NCBI GenBank assembly: GCA_016793645.1
Contig: JAEUHD010000275.1
Location: forward strand, 596-64,595
Direction of reading: 5' to 3'
Source: Verrucomicrobiales bacterium
GTDB taxonomy: Bacteria > Verrucomicrobiota > Verrucomicrobiia > Limisphaerales > UBA9464
DNA: 64,000 nt
The notes under the pieces are model-generated. The model was given only the letters and a program-made list of their open reading frames with translations, was not told the origin of the DNA and searched no databases. This document shows, piece by piece, positions 12,772-22,580 of the stretch (position 1 is the first letter of the stretch; each line of letters opens with the position of its first letter). The position numbers were made by a program, and so were the translations under genes.

Positions 12772-14433
12772 TCAACGGGCCCGAAGAGCGCGAAACCATC
12801 CCCGGGTGTCCCCGGGTCGCTGTGTAGCGATCTCCCGGAAGCGGCTGAGGAGCGACGTTCTGGACCGGATCGCCCAGAAGAAGTCGTTTCCGAGGCCGAT
12901 GATGAACCAGCTCAAGATCATCATCCACATCAGGGAATCGTCCCCTCCCGTCTGGGAAAACGACAGGCCGAGGATGGTGGCGAGCAGGATCCAGAGGATC
13001 CAGGGCAGGACGAGCACGCGGAACACCAGTGCCGCGGTCACGGTGCGGCTTCCCCCCTCCATGCCCGCCCCAAAACCGGCCCAGCCCAACGCCCAGAGAT
13101 CTGCAACCAGCAGGAACATCCGGAGGCTCCAGAGAATGGCCAGGACGGGAGGTCCCCCATCGCGATGGGTGGTGGAGCTGGAAATGAGGCAAAGAAAGTC
13201 CACGGCCAGGACGAGAACCACCGGACCAAGAAACTGCCTGCGAAGCGCACGCCAAAGTCCTTCCATGATTTCCGCGGGCACCAGCGGTGTGGAAAGAAGC
13301 AACTCCATCGCTCCTGTGCGACGGTCGTCCAGCAACTGCCGTGGCGCCTCGTTGGCCACCCAGAGTTTGAAGGCGATGTGGATGGCGGCGGAGAGGGCGA
13401 AACACACTTCGATGTCCCACCATCCCCCATCCTGAAAAACCTCCACCCATGCGGCGATGATCGCGACGGCGAGCAGGAAAATCCACGGGAGCCAGGGCCG
13501 GATCCAATGCCGGGCCGAAAGCCAGGTCACCGGATTGGCATCGAGGATGGACCGCCGAAAACGATGGAAGGCATCGGGATCCCGGAAGCGCGCACGCCGA
13601 AGCCAGCCTGCGACTCCGGTGGTGGAACTGGAATCATCTGACTTCTGCCAGGTTCGGGGCAGTCGCCAGCTCGCCAGGAGAAGCGACAGGAGTCCCGCGC
13701 CGGCGGTGAATCCCATTGATGTCCAATATCGCGTTGAACCGGTCTTGTATTCTCGTCCGCTCGAAAGACTGAAACCCACCGCCGGCGAGAAATCCTTCAA
13801 CCAGCTCTGCTCGTACCATGACGCCATCAGGGCCGTGGTGCCCCGATGCGAAAGGACCCATCCGATGAGCATCGTTGCCACGGGGCCGCCAAAAACGACC
13901 AGGACCATCAGGAGGAATGCCAGGAGCACGGAACGGCGGACATCCACCGTGACGACAGACGCCAGCAATCCGGTCGCAAGGGAAGTGAGCAGCGTCACCA
14001 GGAGGACAAGGCTCATTCGGGCGTAGTCCGATCCGGTGATGCCCCCGAGCAGCAGGGTCACCGCGAGAAAGGGGAGCATGGCGACCAATCCGTAGATGGC
14101 GCCCAAGGAAGTGCCGGCCAATTTCCCGAGGGTGACGTCGTGCCCGCGGAGGTCCGTAAGGAAGAGCAATCCGAGGGTCCCATCCCGCTTCTCCCCACTC
14201 ACGCTGTCCGCCGCGTAGAGCAGTCCGGAAAGGAAGCTGAATCCAAAGGCCGGAACGGCGATTGCAAAAAACAGGGGCAGCCCGTTGGCGCCCGCCCGGA
14301 TGGCGTTCTCGATCAGGGCGAGCCAGGAACACAACAGGAATGCGATTCCGCCCGATGCGGCACGGCCCCAGTAGGTCCACGACCGGCGCGACGCAACCCG
14401 GAGCTCTCGGGCGACCACGGGGAGAAACGTCAT
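12772..14433 (-). CDS. ABC-2 type permease, paralog 3 (duplicated membrane unit)
   Basis: VARELRVASRR start. Motif SVSGEKRDGTLGLLFLT..GKL with a second copy DRRTGAMELLLSTPL. Many TM helices. ATGA overlap with the upstream gene. Confidence 0.85.
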   Translation of the reverse strand: MTFLPVVARELRVASRRSWTYWGRAASGGIAFLLCSWLALIENAIRAGANGLPLFFAIAVPAFGFSFLSGLLYAADSVSGEKRDGTLGLLFLTDLRGHDVTLGKLAGTSLGAIYGLVAMLPFLAVTLLLGGITGSDYARMSLVLLVTLLTSLATGLLASVVTVDVRRSVLLAFLLMVLVVFGGPVATMLIGWVLSHRGTTALMASWYEQSWLKDFSPAVGFSLSSGREYKTGSTRYWTSMGFTAGAGLLSLLLASWRLPRTWQKSDDSSSTTGVAGWLRRARFRDPDAFHRFRRSILDANPVTWLSARHWIRPWLPWIFLLAVAIIAAWVEVFQDGGWWDIEVCFALSAAIHIAFKLWVANEAPRQLLDDRRTGAMELLLSTPLVPAEIMEGLWRALRRQFLGPVVLVLAVDFLCLISSSTTHRDGGPPVLAILWSLRMFLLVADLWALGWAGFGAGMEGGSRTVTAALVFRVLVLPWILWILLATILGLSFSQTGGDDSLMWMMILSWFIIGLGNDFFWAIRSRTSLLSRFREIATQRPGDTRGWFRALRAR

Positions 14434-16121
14434 GGCCCGCGGACTTCACCGGGGATTGATCGCCGGGGCAAGCGGGGAGTGTCCGCGCCCGGGACAAAGG
14501 TTCGCCGGGCCAGCGCCTGGCGGGCAAATCCCCAACTCCACAAGGAAACCGCCCCGGCCCCCAGGAGGCCGCTGCATCGGACCAGGGTGGGGGCATCCCA
14601 AACCGAAGGCGCGGTCGTCACGCGACCCTGGAGGGCTTCCCAGGCCCAGCCCGAGACGCGGATTGCAAGGGACGGAGCGTCGTGCAGGACCCAGGTCAAT
14701 CCAAATGCCGGGAGGAAGGAAATCCGGGAGAGGGACACGGCTAGCCCAAACAGGGCTGTGGCGACGATCCACAGGAGGAAGTCGAGGTCTCCCATCATCC
14801 GGTACGCCAGCCACTGACGTCGTCCTGGGGTGAGATCGACGTCCTCGAGCCACTGGACGACACTGGGGAGGTAGGGAAGGAGGATCAGCAGGATGGCGGC
14901 CATGGACGTCCGGATGAGGATTCCGCTGAGACGTCCGAGAAGAATGGTCGCGGGGCTCATCGGGGTCACCAGCCAGAGTTCAAGCGCCCCGGATTCGCGC
15001 TCCATTCGGAAACTCGACGTGGCGACCAGGGCCACCATGCCCAGGAGAGCCGGGCGGAGAACCCGGACAAACCCTTCCGCGGCCCGAAACTCGGAATCCG
15101 TCCCGAGCCACCACCCGATGGCGACGCCCGCCGCCAGGAGCCAACCACCGACGCGGAGGTCCCAGGTTCGGAACTGCAGCCAGCGGATTGGATTTCGTCC
15201 CAGAAGCCGGGTCCGGAATCGGCGGTGATGACGCTGAAGTCGGACCCTGGAAATGAGATCCGGGATCGCCGGCCAACGGGATTCCCTGGGGTCATCCCGC
15301 CAGGTGCGTTGAATCCCGAACGAGGCGAAGGTGACGATCAGGGTGACGAGGAGCCAGGCTCCTGCGGCGACCGTTCCGGCGACGAGGACCGAGGTCCAGG
15401 TCGTTGGCACTCCGGGCCAATCCCGCCACCAGTCGTCGAGTCCATCCCGCCGCCCAAGGGCGAATCGGGAAAGAAGGCTGCTGATGCCTGACTTGTAGAT
15501 CTGCCATGGCGCCGTGGGCGTGGCTCCCGGAATTGGAGGCGTTGTCCGGAGAAGTTGTGGAACGGTCAGGTGCAGCAGGACAAATCCCGCGCTGGTCGTT
15601 GTCGCCACGACAAAGGCCCCGAGCTTCGCACGCCACCAGGAGGTGGAGATGGAGGACGCCGCCAATCCGGAGGCCAGGGCCAGGCCGAGGGCACCCGCGT
15701 GATAGAGCGCCATGCGAACCGCATCGAGCCACAGGACTCCGCCCACCAGGATGGGGACGATCATCACCGGGAGCGCCGCGAGGACGAAGGATGCGGCGAA
15801 AAGGGTTTGGGATAGGGCCTTCCCGAGGACCACATCCTTGGGACGCAGAGGAGTCATCATGAGCAGTCCGAGCGTGCCCTCGCGCTTTTCCCTGCTGAGG
15901 CAATCGGAGGTCATGAGCGGAGCCAGCAGCCAGATTCCCAGAAACAGGAAGCGGTTCAGTCCATAGAGGAATCCCCTCCCGCTGACACCCGGTCCTGGTT
16001 CCGCACGTTCCCACGCCAGCCACAGCACCAGCATCAACAGACCGGCCCCCAGGACGCGGGTTCCGGGTAGCACGGGGCGCCGGGCGAGTTCCCGCAGTTC
16101 CCGTTGGACGATCAACCACAT
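14430..16121 (-). CDS. ABC-2 type permease, paralog 2
   Basis: VQRELRELARR, CLSREKREGTLGLLMMTPL..LGKAL and ERESGALELWLVTPM. Confidence 0.85.
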   Translation of the reverse strand: MWLIVQRELRELARRPVLPGTRVLGAGLLMLVLWLAWERAEPGPGVSGRGFLYGLNRFLFLGIWLLAPLMTSDCLSREKREGTLGLLMMTPLRPKDVVLGKALSQTLFAASFVLAALPVMIVPILVGGVLWLDAVRMALYHAGALGLALASGLAASSISTSWWRAKLGAFVVATTTSAGFVLLHLTVPQLLRTTPPIPGATPTAPWQIYKSGISSLLSRFALGRRDGLDDWWRDWPGVPTTWTSVLVAGTVAAGAWLLVTLIVTFASFGIQRTWRDDPRESRWPAIPDLISRVRLQRHHRRFRTRLLGRNPIRWLQFRTWDLRVGGWLLAAGVAIGWWLGTDSEFRAAEGFVRVLRPALLGMVALVATSSFRMERESGALELWLVTPMSPATILLGRLSGILIRTSMAAILLILLPYLPSVVQWLEDVDLTPGRRQWLAYRMMGDLDFLLWIVATALFGLAVSLSRISFLPAFGLTWVLHDAPSLAIRVSGWAWEALQGRVTTAPSVWDAPTLVRCSGLLGAGAVSLWSWGFARQALARRTFVPGADTPRLPRRSIPGEVRGP

Positions 16122-16130
16122 GGCCGGGTC

Positions 16131-17813
16131 TCATGCTCGCCCGGCGGTGCCCAGGGCGAACTGGCGGGAGGATAATTCGCGCCAGACGGACGCCGATGCT
16201 GCAACGGCGATGACGATCTGGAGGGTGGCCGGCACCAGTCCCCAATCCAGGCGGGTGGCGATGAAGAAGGACACTGCGGAGTCGCCCGCGGAAAGCGGGG
16301 TTTCGAAAAAGAGCGGGTTCAGGATTCCCTTCACGATCAGGGAGAGCAGCAGGGGAATCAACAAAGCCCAAATGGCCGTGCCGACCACCGCGGTCAGGAA
16401 GCTTCGTGCGTGAAAACCGCGCCACAGTCCAATCCAGGGCAGGGTGCCGAGGGAGGACATCAACCACCAATTCCAACCCGCCCAGTTCACCCCGGCCCTC
16501 CGGAATGCCCCCTCGGCATAGGCGACGAGGAATAGCTGGAGAATGACGGGGGGCAGGAACTCCCGGAGATGGGAGAGACATCGGCTCTGCAGGATCTGGC
16601 GGGGTGTCAGGGGCGTGACGAGCAGCAACTCGAGGGTGCCGTTCTCACGCTCCGCACGGAATCCGCCTGCCGCGCTGAAGGTCATCCCCAGGAGGAGAAA
16701 CAGGGGCGCGGCACTTGAACCCACCGAGAATTCCAATCCGGAAAGGCCCACCATCCAAATGCCGATCACGGCGGTGAGCCAGCCCCAGCGGGTCAACGCG
16801 GCGGCGACGGTCCGGTGTTGAAGCCACATCAACGGATTGGTGTTGAGTCGCTGCCGCTGGCGTCCCCGGACCCAGGATGGGAAGAGGACGGGAACGCTCA
16901 GTGTTCGACGAAGCCTTTCAACCCCGGGCCGGGGCGGTTCCTCCTTCAAGGCGCGGGTCGCGCGAAGGGCCACGAGGCGCAGGGCTCCGGCACCCACGAG
17001 TGTTGCGGCGCAGGCGAAGGCGCCCAGGCCGAGCGCCCATACGGACAGGGCGTAGCCCCTCGCTTCCGCATCGAGACGGGCCAGAACCTCCGGCAAGGTG
17101 TCGGAATACGGGGATGCGAATGGGTTTCCAAAGATGACGCCGGGGTTGTTGACCAGCCAGCCGACGGCTGGGATGGGATTTGCCGGGATCCAACCTGGAG
17201 GCAGGATAAAGAGGATCCACGTCAGGAATCCCGTAAGGATCAGGGTGGCCGAGATGAACAGGAACTCGAACAGAAATGCGAGGGCGAGGGCTCTTCGAAA
17301 CTGGAGGGCGAGGGAACTGGCCAGCAAGCCTGCGGCAAGTCCAAGGGCGAGGAGGAAGCCCTGAAAGGTCACCACGGTGGCGATCTCCAGGGCGCTCACA
17401 CCACCCAGCAGCAGGGGAACCGTCAGTACCGGTACCGGGGCGAGCCATACGGTCAACGCCTTCAGGGCGTGGGCGGCACATTTTCCGACGGCGATGGCCA
17501 GCGGAGTCAGAGGGGTCAACCCCAACAGTCCAAAGGTGGCTTCACGACGCTCCCGGGCGAGGGCGTCCGCGGTCAGTGCCGGAGCCATCGAAACAAGAGT
17601 CAGGGCAAGGGCGCGATGGAGTTGCAGGAAGATCCAGGATCCCCGGGTGGTCCCGCCTCCCGGCAGGCCGAGCAGTCTCAGGTCCGGGGTGGGCGCCTGC
17701 AGGAATGCCCATCCCAAGGCGGCAACCAGAATACCCGCCGCAGCGAGGCGCATTCGAAACAGGGCCGGGGTGCGCGCCTGTTCCCGAAGTTCCCGCTGAA
17801 TAACGGGGTTCAT
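16131..17813 (-). CDS. ABC-2 type permease, paralog 1
   Basis: IQRELREQAR, ALARERREATFGLLGLTPL..VGK and ERENGTLELLLVTPL. Confidence 0.85.
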   Translation of the reverse strand: MNPVIQRELREQARTPALFRMRLAAAGILVAALGWAFLQAPTPDLRLLGLPGGGTTRGSWIFLQLHRALALTLVSMAPALTADALARERREATFGLLGLTPLTPLAIAVGKCAAHALKALTVWLAPVPVLTVPLLLGGVSALEIATVVTFQGFLLALGLAAGLLASSLALQFRRALALAFLFEFLFISATLILTGFLTWILFILPPGWIPANPIPAVGWLVNNPGVIFGNPFASPYSDTLPEVLARLDAEARGYALSVWALGLGAFACAATLVGAGALRLVALRATRALKEEPPRPGVERLRRTLSVPVLFPSWVRGRQRQRLNTNPLMWLQHRTVAAALTRWGWLTAVIGIWMVGLSGLEFSVGSSAAPLFLLLGMTFSAAGGFRAERENGTLELLLVTPLTPRQILQSRCLSHLREFLPPVILQLFLVAYAEGAFRRAGVNWAGWNWWLMSSLGTLPWIGLWRGFHARSFLTAVVGTAIWALLIPLLLSLIVKGILNPLFFETPLSAGDSAVSFFIATRLDWGLVPATLQIVIAVAASASVWRELSSRQFALGTAGRA

Positions 17814-17831
17814 GCGGGATTCCCCTCCCGG

Positions 17832-18782
17832 CTACTGGGTCTCCCCCTTGGTGACCCGAAGGAAGACCTCCTCAAGCCCGATTTCGTCCTCCCTGAGTTC
17901 CAGCAGGCGAACGCCCCCCCTGACCAGGGTGTCGGCGATATAGCTCCCGTCCTCAACGGATCCGTTCAGTGTGACCTTCAGTTGGCCATCCACGGACTCG
18001 ATTCCGGCGGTCTCCGGACGCTGGGCCAGAAGCTCGCGGGCGGTCTCCGCCGGCCCGGAGACCCGGACCCAGAAGGTGCGTGCGTCGGATGCCGCGGCGT
18101 TCACCCCCTTGATGGGGCCTGCGTAGATCAGCTTCCCGCGTTCGATGATCGCGCAGCGGTTGCACAAGGACTGAAGCTCCGAAAGAATGTGGGATGAGAT
18201 GATGATGGTTTTTCCCATCCGCTGCAGTTCCTGGAGGATGGCCATCATTTCGATGCGGGCGCGGGGATCGAGCCCGCTGGCCGGTTCATCCAGGAGCAGT
18301 AGCGCGGGGTCGTGGATCAGCACACGGGCCAACCCGAGGCGTTGTTGCATGCCCCGGCTGAGGGCGCCGATGAGCGCGCCCTTCTTCTCGCTGAGTCCGA
18401 CCAATTCCAACACGTCGGCGACCGTCTTCTCCCGCTGGGCGGCCGGGATCTTGTAGCAGGCCCCGAAGAAATCGAGGTACTCGGTGACCTCCATGTCCTT
18501 GTAGACCCCGAAAAAGTCGGGCATGTAGCCGATCAGGTGGCGCACCCGGTCCGCATCCCGGACCACGTCATGCCCCAGAATCTCCGCACGTCCGCTCGAT
18601 GGGGTGAGAAAGGTGGCGAGGATGCGGAGGGTGGTGGTCTTTCCGGCGCCGTTGGATCCGATGAAACCGAACAGGTCACCCCGGTTCACCGTGAGGTTGA
18701 GGGAGCTCAGGGCCACCATGGATCCGAAGACTCGCGAAAGGTCGTGGGTCTGTACGGCGGGAACTTCAGGCGTCGGACTCAT
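17832..18782 (-). CDS. ABC transporter ATP-binding protein (multidrug/gliding-type exporter family)
   Basis: Walker A GSNGAGKTT, signature LSRGMQQR, Walker B LLLLDEP and SSH switch. Confidence 0.95.
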   Translation of the reverse strand: MSPTPEVPAVQTHDLSRVFGSMVALSSLNLTVNRGDLFGFIGSNGAGKTTTLRILATFLTPSSGRAEILGHDVVRDADRVRHLIGYMPDFFGVYKDMEVTEYLDFFGACYKIPAAQREKTVADVLELVGLSEKKGALIGALSRGMQQRLGLARVLIHDPALLLLDEPASGLDPRARIEMMAILQELQRMGKTIIISSHILSELQSLCNRCAIIERGKLIYAGPIKGVNAAASDARTFWVRVSGPAETARELLAQRPETAGIESVDGQLKVTLNGSVEDGSYIADTLVRGGVRLLELREDEIGLEEVFLRVTKGETQ

Positions 18783-18842
18783 TGGGAAAAGGGTCTGGAA
18801 GCGGTCGCGGTTGGAACGTCTTTAAAAACCTCGCCTCGGAGT

Positions 18843-20993
18843 TCAGGGCCGTGGGACGGAGCTGACCACGAGCCGCAACAATGTGCCCTTGCGATTGCGA
18901 ATGGTTTCGAACTGGTTGAGCGGAGCCGTGAGGGTCGTATCCGGCAGCCAGGCCAGCACAATGCGGTCGCCCCGGCGCAGGACGGGAGCGAGGTCGAAAC
19001 CGGACGGCCAGAGGTAGCTGCCATTCGGGGATTGAATGTATGACGGGAAACTCGCCGCGACGGAGGCTTCGGACCACTGATCAATCGGATTCTTTTCCCC
19101 GCCTCCGAAGGTTTGCTCGCGCTGTCCCAACGCGACTTGAAACCGGCCTTCCCAACCCGCGGTGAGGTCGGACAGGGGAGTTCCGGCTCCCGGGGAGACA
19201 TCGATTTCACGGACGGCCGCGGAAGGCAGCTCTGGAAGGGTGACCAGGCGATGGTCGCTGACAACCCAGACGGGCCCCATGCGGCGTCCCAAAGCGTTTT
19301 GGACCTCCACCGATCCATTCGGCAATGAGCGGGCCAAGAGAGGAGCCGCCGTGGTCTCCTCCCAATCCGAGACGGTCATGGCGCTGGTCCATACGGGAAC
19401 GAACACCTCCGCACCAAATCCCTGGGACTGCTCGGTGACGGTCATCCGGACGGGCTCGCCGACCGCCCCCCAGAGTCCCCGGAACTCCCCGCGAATGGCC
19501 GAGTCCTGGAGGGCGCTTCCCAGTGTGTAGGTTTCATTGGCCGGAGAGTAGAGGCTGCCGAAGGTCCAACCGCGCAGTGCGGCCTGTGTGCCGTCGCCCT
19601 GCGGCAGGACATCCACGACCTGAAGCTCATTCCACTCGGTTTGTCCGGCACGGAGCTTGTATCCGATGAAGTAGATCAACAGGGAAAACGAGACCACGTA
19701 GAGCGGAAAGGTGATCCACGTCAGCATGGGACGATTGATCTTGCGCAACCACCATTGATCGAAGGGGCCAATGACCACCAGGTAGGCGACCAACAACAGG
19801 AGCAGGAATCCCACGGGAAGCTTTTGAACCTGGCGGGTCTCCACGAGTGTGGCGAAGACGCCGTCCAGTCCCCGTCCACCCACGATGTTCCTGTCCCCGG
19901 GTTTAAAAAGGACCGAAGGAACGTCGGCAAGTCGGGCGAAAAACCAGGGGCGGAGCGTCCAGGACCTGACCGGCTCGCGTTCTGGATTGAAGGACAGCAG
20001 CACCACCTGGCCCCGTCCGCGGGGCGCCTCGACGAACAGGGGCTTTCCGTTGACGGATCCCGCGGCACGGCCATCCCGGACCTGCAAGGCGAGGACGGGC
20101 ACCGCCGCAGACCCAAAGCCGGAGTCGGGAGCCAGGGTGGAATAGGAGTCCAGGGAGTCCGGATTCCTCCGACCCGGGCCCGGGGTTCGCACCCCCGCCA
20201 TGGCCGGGTCCGACGCCTTGTAGGAGAACTGGGGATTCCAGGCTCCCTGGCGAATCCAATCCTCCAATGCGGTGCCGATCCGCTCCTCGCTGAGGGCCCC
20301 GATATCCGCCGGCATCAGGGACCGGAGCCAGGGGGTGGCATTCACGTCCGCAGGCTGGTCCACGGCCACAATCAGCTGCCCTCCGGCGTACACCCAGGCT
20401 TCCAGAGCGCGAACCTGGGGTTCCTTGAGTTCCAGGGCGCGGGCGGAATTGAGGTAAAGGGAATTCAATCCCTCGAGGGCAATGGGATTGTCCGGAAACA
20501 ATTCCGGCTGAAGCCGGGCCACCCGGGGTTGCCAGCCGGCCTGAGCCTGTTGAATCTCCGGAAAGAGCGGGGCTCCCGAGAAACTCCCCGGAAGTGCGCC
20601 CATCAGGGGAATTTCCCATCCCTGGACATTGACCCGCTTCCCGGTCTGTTCATCGCGAACCTTTCCCCGCTCGTCCAGCAGGCGGCAATCCACGGACAGG
20701 AAGTTCCGGGAGACATTGAAGAGCGGGACCGAGAAGCGCTTCCGGGTGTTGGTGGGCAATTCCACCGGTACGCGGACGGTCCCCTGTCCTCCATTGATCT
20801 CCACCACGGCATTGAACGATGGGCCGTCGTTGAGGACTTCAATGGCGACGGGATACCACGCTCCGGCCCGGGCGGAGTTGTCGTATCCGGGGAAGACGTC
20901 GAACTGGATCTTTGCCCAGGCGTCGGTTCCGCCGAGGGCCAACATCAGCCACCCTGCAAGAAAGGAGGACCAGGGACGGCGCTTGGGTATCAT
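18843..20993 (-). CDS. Membrane-anchored accessory protein with a GATase1-like domain, first gene of the ABC operon
   Basis: Signal peptide, then PGYDN..RAGAWYPVAIEVLNDG, LEAWVYAGGQLIV, an internal TM pair (LLLLLVAYLVVIGP...WITFPLYVVSF) and a large C-terminal extracytoplasmic part. Confidence 0.7.
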   Translation of the reverse strand: MIPKRRPWSSFLAGWLMLALGGTDAWAKIQFDVFPGYDNSARAGAWYPVAIEVLNDGPSFNAVVEINGGQGTVRVPVELPTNTRKRFSVPLFNVSRNFLSVDCRLLDERGKVRDEQTGKRVNVQGWEIPLMGALPGSFSGAPLFPEIQQAQAGWQPRVARLQPELFPDNPIALEGLNSLYLNSARALELKEPQVRALEAWVYAGGQLIVAVDQPADVNATPWLRSLMPADIGALSEERIGTALEDWIRQGAWNPQFSYKASDPAMAGVRTPGPGRRNPDSLDSYSTLAPDSGFGSAAVPVLALQVRDGRAAGSVNGKPLFVEAPRGRGQVVLLSFNPEREPVRSWTLRPWFFARLADVPSVLFKPGDRNIVGGRGLDGVFATLVETRQVQKLPVGFLLLLLVAYLVVIGPFDQWWLRKINRPMLTWITFPLYVVSFSLLIYFIGYKLRAGQTEWNELQVVDVLPQGDGTQAALRGWTFGSLYSPANETYTLGSALQDSAIRGEFRGLWGAVGEPVRMTVTEQSQGFGAEVFVPVWTSAMTVSDWEETTAAPLLARSLPNGSVEVQNALGRRMGPVWVVSDHRLVTLPELPSAAVREIDVSPGAGTPLSDLTAGWEGRFQVALGQREQTFGGGEKNPIDQWSEASVAASFPSYIQSPNGSYLWPSGFDLAPVLRRGDRIVLAWLPDTTLTAPLNQFETIRNRKGTLLRLVVSSVPRP

Positions 20994-21044
20994 GAGGGGG
21001 ACTTCGGACGGGGTATTTCTAGAGGCTGAACGCCCTGGTCGGCA

Positions 21045-21067
21045 AACGGGAATTGTGGGAATGGCGT
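21045..21067 (+). promoter_or_regulatory. Putative ECF-type autoregulatory promoter
   Basis: AAC (21045-21047), 17-nt spacer, CGT(AAC) (21065-21070) upstream of the ECF sigma gene. Fits the general ECF AAC-N16/17-CGT pattern. Confidence 0.45.
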
Positions 21068-21118
21068 AACCAAACCGGTTGCCGCCGGTCCCAGTTTTCG
21101 GAAGACTGGCTGTGTTGC

Positions 21119-21706
21119 ATGGACGAACCGGGAATGCAGGTGGCGGATCTTGTCACCCGCACCCGGAACGGGGATGAGGCGGCGGCAAGCGCGTTGGTGG
21201 CGCTTTTGACGCCGCTGGTTGCCCGGATCGTCCGTTCGCATCTACCCCGCCGGACCAGCGAGGAAGACCTAGTGCAAAGTGTGTTGATCAAGGTGTTTAC
21301 AAGGTTGGACCAGTTTCGTGGACTGGTCCCGCTGGAGCACTGGGTGGCCCGGATCAGCGTGAACACCTGCCGCCATGAAATAGCGCGGGAATCCCACCGT
21401 CCGGAGCTTCGGCACGCCGACTTGTCCGAGGAACAGTGTGCGGTGCTCGAGAACCTCGCCGAAACGGATGGGGAACTTCCCGTGGACCACGGGATGGCCT
21501 CGCGGGAGCTGGTGGAGCAGATGCTGCAGCAGTTGCGTCCAGAGGACCGCCTGGTGGTGACGCTGTTGCATTTGGAAGGGAGAAGCGTCGAGGAGATCAA
21601 GGCGATCACCGGCTGGAGTGGTCCCCTCGTGAAGGTCAGGGCCTTTCGCGCCCGCCGTAAAATGAAGCAACATTTGGCTCAGCTGATGAAGGAACACCGA
21701 ACATGA
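21119..21706 (+). CDS. ECF RNA polymerase sigma factor
   Basis: Region 2 EEDLVQSVLIKVF...WVARISVNTC. Region 4 LRPEDRLVVTLLHLEGRSVEEI...VKVRAFRARRKM. Start is 21119 or 21134. Confidence 0.92.
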   Translation: MDEPGMQVADLVTRTRNGDEAAASALVALLTPLVARIVRSHLPRRTSEEDLVQSVLIKVFTRLDQFRGLVPLEHWVARISVNTCRHEIARESHRPELRHADLSEEQCAVLENLAETDGELPVDHGMASRELVEQMLQQLRPEDRLVVTLLHLEGRSVEEIKAITGWSGPLVKVRAFRARRKMKQHLAQLMKEHRT

Positions 21707-21996
21707 ACACCCCGGATCAACGGTTGGACCGCCTCCTTCGCTCCGCGTCACGGGTGGCATCGGAACCGGTGCCCCCCCTTCCGTTTCCCGCGGAGGCGAG
21801 AGTCCTTGCCGCCTGGCGCCGCTCCCGCGGTGACCGCCTGCAGGCCGGATTGGGAGTCTGGCTCCGGGCGGGCTTTGCCGGGGCCGTTCTCGTCGCGGTG
21901 ATCGCGGTCGCCGTCAGCTGGTCGGAAATCCGGCCCCGCGCCGTGGATGAATTTGCCGTTGCCGATGCGACTTTGTACGTCGCCGTAGCTCCATGA
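21703..21996 (+). CDS. Probable single-TM anti-sigma factor
   Basis: ATGA overlap with the sigma gene. Short cytoplasmic N-terminus (LDRLLRSA...EARVLAAWR) followed by one TM helix. Confidence 0.7.
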   Translation: MNTPDQRLDRLLRSASRVASEPVPPLPFPAEARVLAAWRRSRGDRLQAGLGVWLRAGFAGAVLVAVIAVAVSWSEIRPRAVDEFAVADATLYVAVAP

Positions 21997-22415
21997 ATCC
22001 CCCGACCCGAAAAACGATTCTGCTGTACCTCGCCGCCACCTTTGTCGTCGGTGCCGTGGCCGGGGGGGCACTGGGGTATGGCGCGGGGCGGCGTCCGGTG
22101 TTCCGGCCGTTTGATCGCGACGAGATGCGGGAAAAGATGTGCCAGCGGTTTACGACGGAATTGAGCCTCTCTCCGGAGCAGCAGAAGCAGCTGGATCCCC
22201 TCATGCGCCAGGGAATGGACGAAATGGACCAGGCGCACCGCGAGCATCGGGCCCGCCTCAAGGAATTGATGAAGGTGGGCCGGGATCGGATGAACGCGAT
22301 CCTGACCCCCGAGCAGCGAGTGAAGTTCGACACCATGGAACGCGAGCGTGAGAGCCGGATGCAGTCCAAGTCCAAGGGGCCTGGGGCGCCTCCTTCCTCG
22401 TCTCCTCCCCACTGA
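21993..22415 (+). CDS. Periplasmic Spy/CpxP/ZraP-like helical protein
   Basis: N-terminal TM or signal segment, LSLSPEQ and ILTPEQ (LTxxQ-like) motifs, Met/Arg/Glu-rich helices. ATGA overlap with the preceding gene. Confidence 0.75.
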   Translation: MNPPTRKTILLYLAATFVVGAVAGGALGYGAGRRPVFRPFDRDEMREKMCQRFTTELSLSPEQQKQLDPLMRQGMDEMDQAHREHRARLKELMKVGRDRMNAILTPEQRVKFDTMERERESRMQSKSKGPGAPPSSSPPH

Positions 22416-22580
22416 ATTGGAGGACGGAGGAGCGGGGTACGGATCCGCGGGTCTTCGCCTTCACGTTCTTCCGGATCGTGGAGAGCCGTCAGTGATGACT
22501 CTCGTCCAGACGGTCGCTGATCCTGGAGGAATTCTGGTTCCCGGGGCTGAGACGGTCCGTGACTTGCTTGTTATCGGGGA

